Shown here: in pieces, positions 58,017 through 64,000 of the stretch | How positions within the stretch are numbered: position 1 is the first letter of the stretch | Layout of the letters: every line of letters starts with the position of its first letter | From: Candidatus Woesearchaeota archaeon | Lineage (GTDB): Archaea; Nanobdellota; Nanobdellia; SCGC-AAA011-G17; JACPIM01 | Direction of reading: 5' to 3' | DNA length: 64,000 nucleotides | NCBI GenBank assembly: GCA_964513145.1 | Contig: CAZELK010000005.1 | Span: 1-64,000, forward strand | Notes under the pieces: model-generated | What the model saw: the letters and a program-made list of their open reading frames with translations, nothing else | What the model was told of the DNA's origin: nothing | The model's database searches: none | Translations under genes and position numbers: made by a program

Positions 58017-59519
58017 CTAAGTTGTTGTGGGTGACAATAAATTCTTTGATATTATGGCTGATGTAAATGCCTGGAATTCATAATCAAATTTAGCTTCTGC
58101 TTCTATTAATGAAAATGACAAATCTTCTGTTACTGCTGAATTATCTATTTCAAACTCACAAAAAAATCTCTGGTCAGATACATCTTTATCCTTGTTTAAT
58201 TTTAAAATAATATCTTCTTTTAATTTTAAAACATTATTTTCAATTAAATCAAATTCTTTACAGTCTTCTATTTTTGGCTTAAAACCATTTGGCAAAGACA
58301 CTCTTAAAGATTTAAGACTGGATATTTTTCCGTTCCAGGAAAATTTATCATTTTTTATTTCGAGTCCCAACAAATAAACTGCGCTATCTCTTAATGGCTG
58401 GGCATCAAATAAATTTAATGATAATATTGCTGGGCTTTTCTTTAATTGTTCTGATCTTACTGACCTATCTGATGATATTAATGGATCATTTATTTTAAAA
58501 TAAGCGAAAGGATTTTTATTATCTTGCTCCAGGGATGTCAATATTGTAGAATCCAATGTATAAATCTTTAATCTTGAACTTACTATAAAATCCTTATAAT
58601 TAGCTTTTAAAGTTATTTTTTGAGATATTGTTTTTTTATCACCAAACTTAATAGCATAAAGAGTTTCTTCGCCAAAGCTACATAAAATATTTAAACTCTT
58701 ATCCTGATTTGGATAGACAAATACTGAATTTGAACCTTCATTTTCACCAAATAATTTTATTTCTCCGCCTTCACTGCCTGAAAAACCAATAGTTGTAATT
58801 TGCTGGACAACATCACCTTTTGTACATGAAAATTCAACATTTGTTGATAAATCTTCCAAAGCATAAATTTTTACTGCTGCCAAGGCTTCAATTTTATCTT
58901 TTTCCCTGAAAATGTCTTTTTTTGGCTCGAATTTTCTAAACTCTACGCCTTGCGGCTTTTTCTTTTCAACTGTCTGCGGATTTTTAAAAGTGCCATAAGA
59001 AGCTACAGTACCGACTGGATCAAGTACAAAATTTTTAACTTGGGATATAGCTACTGAAACTGGACCTGATGTTTCTGAACCTAAAATAGATAATTGGGTT
59101 CCAAATATAGAAACGCCGCCACCAGTCAAAAGATTCCAAAAAAAAGACCATGTAGCGAATACTAAAAGAACAATAACAACATATGAAATAATTTTACCTA
59201 TTCTTGTGTATTTAAAGAAGGCGCTTATTATCTTAAATATCTCACCTATTAAAGTTAATGGAAGAAAAACTATTTTCTTAAAGTCTCCACTGGTAAATGC
59301 TTCAGAAATTTTATTCCATAAAGAAGAAAATCCTGAATTTATAAAACCAGAAAGTGTAGACTTCTTTTTTTCTTTTTCAATATTTTGCCCTTCTTCATAC
59401 CATTTGTTTAACTGTTGGGTTTTTTTCTCCGCTTCTTTTTCTTGGGCTCTTCTCCGCTTTTCTGCTCTTTCTTCTCTTAGTTCTCTATAATATTTCTCTT
59501 GCTCAGAATCTTCAGCCAT
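58017..59519 (-). CDS. Membrane-anchored protein with extracellular beta-sandwich domains
   Basis: Charged N-terminus, TM helices, C-terminal domain loosely similar to neighbouring lipoproteins. Confidence 0.65.
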   Translation of the reverse strand: MAEDSEQEKYYRELREERAEKRRRAQEKEAEKKTQQLNKWYEEGQNIEKEKKKSTLSGFINSGFSSLWNKISEAFTSGDFKKIVFLPLTLIGEIFKIISAFFKYTRIGKIISYVVIVLLVFATWSFFWNLLTGGGVSIFGTQLSILGSETSGPVSVAISQVKNFVLDPVGTVASYGTFKNPQTVEKKKPQGVEFRKFEPKKDIFREKDKIEALAAVKIYALEDLSTNVEFSCTKGDVVQQITTIGFSGSEGGEIKLFGENEGSNSVFVYPNQDKSLNILCSFGEETLYAIKFGDKKTISQKITLKANYKDFIVSSRLKIYTLDSTILTSLEQDNKNPFAYFKINDPLISSDRSVRSEQLKKSPAILSLNLFDAQPLRDSAVYLLGLEIKNDKFSWNGKISSLKSLRVSLPNGFKPKIEDCKEFDLIENNVLKLKEDIILKLNKDKDVSDQRFFCEFEIDNSAVTEDLSFSLIEAEAKFDYEFQAFTSAIISKNLLSPTTT

Positions 59520-59542
59520 TAATTATACCTCTTTTATAAAAA

Positions 59543-60718
59543 TTATTTTGTGAATATTTCCAATGATCTTATTTCAAACTTATTTCTCGGGATAATTTTA
59601 ATGAAATTTTCACCTTTTTTAATCAAATTAGAAATATCCCTGGAATATATGTTTCTGTCAGTGTCTAATGTTATTCTTTCATCGTTAATTATTATTGTTG
59701 CAGAACTTCTTTCGTCTTCTTCATTTGGAACTAAATCCATTTTTAATTCTATTTCGTAATTCAAGTCCTCTTCTTTTGCATCAAAAAAATAAATTGGGAC
59801 TTTTTGACTTTCTGAATCAATTTCTAATTCTATCTGCTCTAAAACATAATTTCCCTTTTCAGATTCAAATGATAATTTATTTTGTTCATCCTTGAAATAG
59901 TTCTTTGGAATATCTATAACCTGTTCGCTGGCATCACAAATTATCTGGCCCAAATGCAAATTAAAATCATTCAAAAATATCTTTATTATTCCCTGATCAT
60001 CATTTACATTTAAGCAGTTAATAAAATAATTTAAAGTTGCCTCCTTTATTTTGTCTTTTTCCAAAGAGAACTGTCTTGTTTCTTTTTTATTTTCTGAAGA
60101 AACTTCTTTTATTAACTTAATATCCTTTAATGCATATTCATTTACTGATAAAAATCTCCATGAGGGAGAAGAAGCTTCTACTCTTAAAACATTATCATTT
60201 TTTAGATTTGAAACTGGTATTTCCAATGGCAAGTTTTCGTTACCTACTATGCCCCTAAATACAATCTGATTATTCAGGTAAATAACTAATGATCCTTTAG
60301 ATGAGATAATATTGAAAAATAATTTTAGTTTGTTTGTGTTTGCTATATCTTCTATTTTAAAATTTAAATCCTGGAAATTGTTATTGAAAAGACTTCTTGA
60401 AACTGAAAGGGCATTTGCCAAAGTTATTATATTCTGAGTTTTTTTAGCAAAAAGATTTACTGGGGGGATTTTTATTTTTTCTTTTTGAGCAGAATCAGAA
60501 AAAACCAATCCCGGGGATTCTACTAATAGATTTGTTATGATTTTATCTGAAGGTGTGCCTTGACCATAATTATCCTGTATTGTGCCTTTTTCCAGTATAT
60601 CTTTTTGAGCTTCTGGTGGAATTAGCAGCATATAAACTGTGATTAAAATACCCATTAGAATAATTAAACCTGTTACATGTATTGTTTCTGACTCTACAGC
60701 ACCCCTTTTATTAAGCAT
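59543..60718 (-). CDS. Exported protein with class III (pilin-like) signal peptide
   Basis: MLNKRG/AVES followed by hydrophobic helix; start moved to ATG 60718. Confidence 0.65.
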   Translation of the reverse strand: MLNKRGAVESETIHVTGLIILMGILITVYMLLIPPEAQKDILEKGTIQDNYGQGTPSDKIITNLLVESPGLVFSDSAQKEKIKIPPVNLFAKKTQNIITLANALSVSRSLFNNNFQDLNFKIEDIANTNKLKLFFNIISSKGSLVIYLNNQIVFRGIVGNENLPLEIPVSNLKNDNVLRVEASSPSWRFLSVNEYALKDIKLIKEVSSENKKETRQFSLEKDKIKEATLNYFINCLNVNDDQGIIKIFLNDFNLHLGQIICDASEQVIDIPKNYFKDEQNKLSFESEKGNYVLEQIELEIDSESQKVPIYFFDAKEEDLNYEIELKMDLVPNEEDERSSATIIINDERITLDTDRNIYSRDISNLIKKGENFIKIIPRNKFEIRSLEIFTK

Positions 60719-60874
60719 ATTAAATAGAATTATTTTAGTTATATAAGCTTTTTGAACTGCCAATAATATTTAAATATTGTTTCTATTTATAAGTGATAAC
60801 AAATAGAAAGGTTTATAAATACGTTATTTCTTCTAAGTAGTAATTTAAATTAATATTTATGGGGGAAAATTAAA

Positions 60875-61255
60875 ATGGCAGTTGATTATCAGAAAATAGG
60901 AATTGGTGCAGTGGCACTTGGAATTGGCGTACTTGGTACTTTATTCGCATCATATCTAATTGGTGGTTGTTCTTCAAGTGAAAAAGAACATAAAATTAAA
61001 ACTATTAAATTGGGGAAAGGTTATGAGGCTGTAAAAGTTGAAGCTGACAATGATTATGCATTTGTTATTGACAAAGACACAAAAAAATTAAGAGTTGTAC
61101 AATATATTGATGACAAGCCTTTTACTCAAACAAAAAAACATGACAAAGATGGCAAGCCTATAGAAAATAGCTTAGAATTTTTAGTAAACGGCAATGTATT
61201 TGAACTGGGGTCTCCAACAATGACAGCTGGTTCAGTCAGTATAAGAAGGGATTAA
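60875..61255 (+). CDS. Hypothetical exported protein
   Basis: Hydrophobic N-terminus ending IGGC. Confidence 0.55.
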   Translation: MAVDYQKIGIGAVALGIGVLGTLFASYLIGGCSSSEKEHKIKTIKLGKGYEAVKVEADNDYAFVIDKDTKKLRVVQYIDDKPFTQTKKHDKDGKPIENSLEFLVNGNVFELGSPTMTAGSVSIRRD

Positions 61256-61261
61256 TTTCTT

Positions 61262-62344
61262 TTATTTTTTTATTAAATATTTTGCAAAATAAAGAAGTCT
61301 AGGTTCTTTTATCAATAATCTAAACAAAAACTTAGATGGATAATCCCTGTCAAATGATTCCAGGATATTTTTTACTTTTGCTTTTTTAACTAATCCAATT
61401 AACTTATCTAGATCATATTCAGTGAATTTGTCTAAAACTTTTCTTATTAATAAATTGTATTTTAAATCGCGATTAAGCGGTTTTAATAATTTTTCATAGT
61501 TTTTGTTTTCAGTTATTGCTTTTGAGAGAAATTCTGCAGCAATCATTCCCTGAATTATTCCGCCATGACTTGGATTTTTAGTCTGACAAGCAGCATCACC
61601 TATTAAAAAAACCCTTTCATTCTGCAGTTTCTGTTTTGGATCAAACATGGGAATTACTCCAGATTGATATTCCCTTATCTTTGAATTTGGAGCTCTTTTT
61701 TTTAATAATGATTTAAAGAAAACATTGGAATTTGTATAAGAAGCTGTCCCAATTCTAGCAATGTTTTCATCTTCTGGAACAACCCAGCCAAAATAACCTT
61801 CACCCAAATAAACTTCAATAATTTCCGAATCTTCCATTTTCAGATTTATTCTGGCTTGAAGGCCAATCATAAATTTCCTGTTATTATACATATTGGCTGA
61901 CTTTGCTACTAAACTAAATGGGCCATCTGCGCCAACCAGGCAGTCTGTTTTAATTATTTTCTTATTTGAGTTAAACTCTACATAATTTTCATATAATTTA
62001 CAACTCTCAAATTTATTATTTAAAAAATAATTAGCACCAGAATTAATTGCCTTATTTGCCAAGAATTTATCAAACTTCATTCTGTCGAGAACTATGTTTG
62101 GTTTTTTAAAATTAATTTCAACTGAATTTTTTTTTGAAAATACCTTAAAACCTTTAATTAAATTTACAATAACTTCTTTTTTTAAGTCTATAATATTTTT
62201 TATGGAGTCTGTTACAAGACCAGTGCATTGGACTGGAGAACCTATTAATTTATGCTCCTCATAAACATTTACTTCCTGGCCTTTTTTTGCCAATAAATAA
62301 GCTAAATGGCTTCCTGCTGGTCCGGCACCTATAATTGAAATCAT
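61262..62344 (-). CDS. Geranylgeranyl reductase-family FAD oxidoreductase
   Basis: IIGAGPAG, CTG, GADG, FGWVVP, IGDAA, GGI. Confidence 0.88.
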   Translation of the reverse strand: MISIIGAGPAGSHLAYLLAKKGQEVNVYEEHKLIGSPVQCTGLVTDSIKNIIDLKKEVIVNLIKGFKVFSKKNSVEINFKKPNIVLDRMKFDKFLANKAINSGANYFLNNKFESCKLYENYVEFNSNKKIIKTDCLVGADGPFSLVAKSANMYNNRKFMIGLQARINLKMEDSEIIEVYLGEGYFGWVVPEDENIARIGTASYTNSNVFFKSLLKKRAPNSKIREYQSGVIPMFDPKQKLQNERVFLIGDAACQTKNPSHGGIIQGMIAAEFLSKAITENKNYEKLLKPLNRDLKYNLLIRKVLDKFTEYDLDKLIGLVKKAKVKNILESFDRDYPSKFLFRLLIKEPRLLYFAKYLIKK

Positions 62345-62443
62345 TTTAACCTTTTTAACAAAAAAGCTTAACCAAAAAAATTGGAAAGCTTAACAAAAAC
62401 GGCTAAAAAAACTTTATAAAGTTATCTAAGATTAAGTTAAAAT

Positions 62444-63328
62444 ATGCTTGAAGAGATTGTGATTAGTTCTGTTGCCATAATTGGCTTGATTATTGCGACA
62501 ATAACTGACATTAAATATCGGGAAGTTCCGGATTATCTGAGTTATTTTTTAATAACTACTGGTTTTGTTTTCAGATTTTTTTATTCTGTTCTTAATAATA
62601 ACTGGTATTATTTTCTTTATGGGCTAATTGGTTTCGGAATTTGTTTTTTAATAGGATTATTGCTTTATTTAACAAAACAATGGGGTGGGGGGGATACAAA
62701 ACTTTTAATGGGGTTGGGAGTCATATTTGCCACAAAGCCTTTTTTCATAAAACAAGATGGAACTTATTTTCTTAATACTTTCATTAACCAAGATTTAATA
62801 TTTTTATTTAATTTGTTAATTTTTATTTTCTTGACTGGAGCTGCTTATGGCTTAATTTATGGCGTTTATTTGGCTTTTAAGAACAAAAATAATTTTGTAA
62901 AGGAATTTAAAAGAATTTTGAATGAAGACAATATAAAATTTGTAAGAGTTTTTTCTTTGATTATATCAGGAATATTAGTATTCTTAATTTTCTTAAGCAG
63001 TGATTTAGCAACTAGAATTATTTTAACTGGTTTTGTTTTCTTTTTAATATTTTATGTTCATTTATGGATCTTTGTAAGGTCTGTGGAAAATGCATGCATG
63101 TTCAAGGTTATACCAATAAACGAATTAACCGAGGGAGACTGGATTGCTGACAATGTAGTAATCAAAAATAAAATTATTTTTCATAAGAACAAATTATCTG
63201 TTGATAAAAAAGATATTTTAAAATTCATTAAAGAGGGCGTCAGAAAAGTTAAAATTAAAGAGGGAATTCCATTTGTACCCTCTTTTTTAATAGGGACTTT
63301 ATTGAGCTTTATATTTGGAATTTTTTAA
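62444..63328 (+). CDS. A24 prepilin/archaellin peptidase
   Basis: TDIKYREVPD, WGGGDTKLL, L.EGDWI, IPFVPSF. Confidence 0.92.
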   Translation: MLEEIVISSVAIIGLIIATITDIKYREVPDYLSYFLITTGFVFRFFYSVLNNNWYYFLYGLIGFGICFLIGLLLYLTKQWGGGDTKLLMGLGVIFATKPFFIKQDGTYFLNTFINQDLIFLFNLLIFIFLTGAAYGLIYGVYLAFKNKNNFVKEFKRILNEDNIKFVRVFSLIISGILVFLIFLSSDLATRIILTGFVFFLIFYVHLWIFVRSVENACMFKVIPINELTEGDWIADNVVIKNKIIFHKNKLSVDKKDILKFIKEGVRKVKIKEGIPFVPSFLIGTLLSFIFGIF

Positions 63329-63329
63329 A

Positions 63330-63971
63330 TTAGGGGTATCTTTCTTGGTAATAAGTTTTGGTTGTTTCTTGTTTTTTCAGCTTAACTTCTTCTGGTTTTT
63401 TTTCTTCTTGCGGATTTAAGACTGAAACATTCTTTTTTATCTTGTTTAATATACCATCTAATTCTTCTTCAGTCACTTTTTTACGTTCCAAAACTAAATT
63501 TAATTTGTCTTTTGCAAATCGTGGAATTACATTAATAGCAACATGCGGGATTAATTGCCCAGCAAATTCTCCATTTGCAACAAAAATATTTGTTCCTTGA
63601 GCATCCAAAGAATTAAACAATAAAGCAGAAATTTTATTTGCTAAATTGAATAAACTACCCACATCTTTAACTTGCGACAATATTTGAAAATGCTGTTTTG
63701 GAAAAACTAATGTATGTCCCGGGTTGGATGGATTAATTTCAAGAACAGCCATTAACTCTTTATCTTCATAGACTTTTTTTGATTTTATCTTGTTTTCAAC
63801 TATTAAGCAGAAAGGACATTGCTGTGGTGGCTGGACATTTTTTAATGATTCAAATTGCTCTGGTGAGAGTTTCTTTAAAAAATCTGGCAATACTTTTTTT
63901 TGCTCTTCTTCAGATAATTTTGATATTTTATTTAATTCTTCTATTTGTTCTTTTGTAAATAATTCTTCCAT
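63330..63971 (-). CDS. HIT-family protein with degenerate triad
   Basis: CPFC, NPGHTLV.PK.H, but PHVAINVIPR instead of HxHxH. Confidence 0.85.
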   Translation of the reverse strand: MEELFTKEQIEELNKISKLSEEEQKKVLPDFLKKLSPEQFESLKNVQPPQQCPFCLIVENKIKSKKVYEDKELMAVLEINPSNPGHTLVFPKQHFQILSQVKDVGSLFNLANKISALLFNSLDAQGTNIFVANGEFAGQLIPHVAINVIPRFAKDKLNLVLERKKVTEEELDGILNKIKKNVSVLNPQEEKKPEEVKLKKQETTKTYYQERYP

Positions 63972-64000
63972 TTTTTTAACATTTTTATGAAAAAGCTTAA

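Overview
Very AT-rich archaeal chromosomal DNA, most likely a DPANN archaeon of the Woesearchaeota type. The taxonomy is inferred from the rpl44e-rps27e-eIF2a-nop10-PAC2 and ftsZ-secE-spt5-rpl11 gene strings, Cdc6, GINS, eIF5A and rpl40e. The window holds a minus-strand dNTP-synthesis/base-excision cluster: nth, ogg, 5'-nucleotidase, dcd, a three-domain thymidylate synthase, a cobalamin adenosyltransferase and two class II ribonucleotide reductases. It also holds a 2245-aa internally duplicated surface protein, core information-processing genes and a pilin/prepilin-peptidase locus. About 14 toxin-antitoxin or defence loci are wedged between core genes, many decayed or flanked by duplicated sequence, with no integrase or transposase visible. 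Best leads: (1) an initiator tRNA-Met gene that parses into five exons and four BHB-type introns, flanked by two free-standing LAGLIDADG genes; (2) an ATP-cone NrdJ lacking key catalytic residues, next to an intact cone-less NrdJ and in frame with cobO through a single TAA; (3) a CapRel-like fused anti-phage toxin in an archaeon; (4) TA cassettes bounded by direct repeats or duplicated gene ends. All family assignments come from motif recognition by eye, not database searches.
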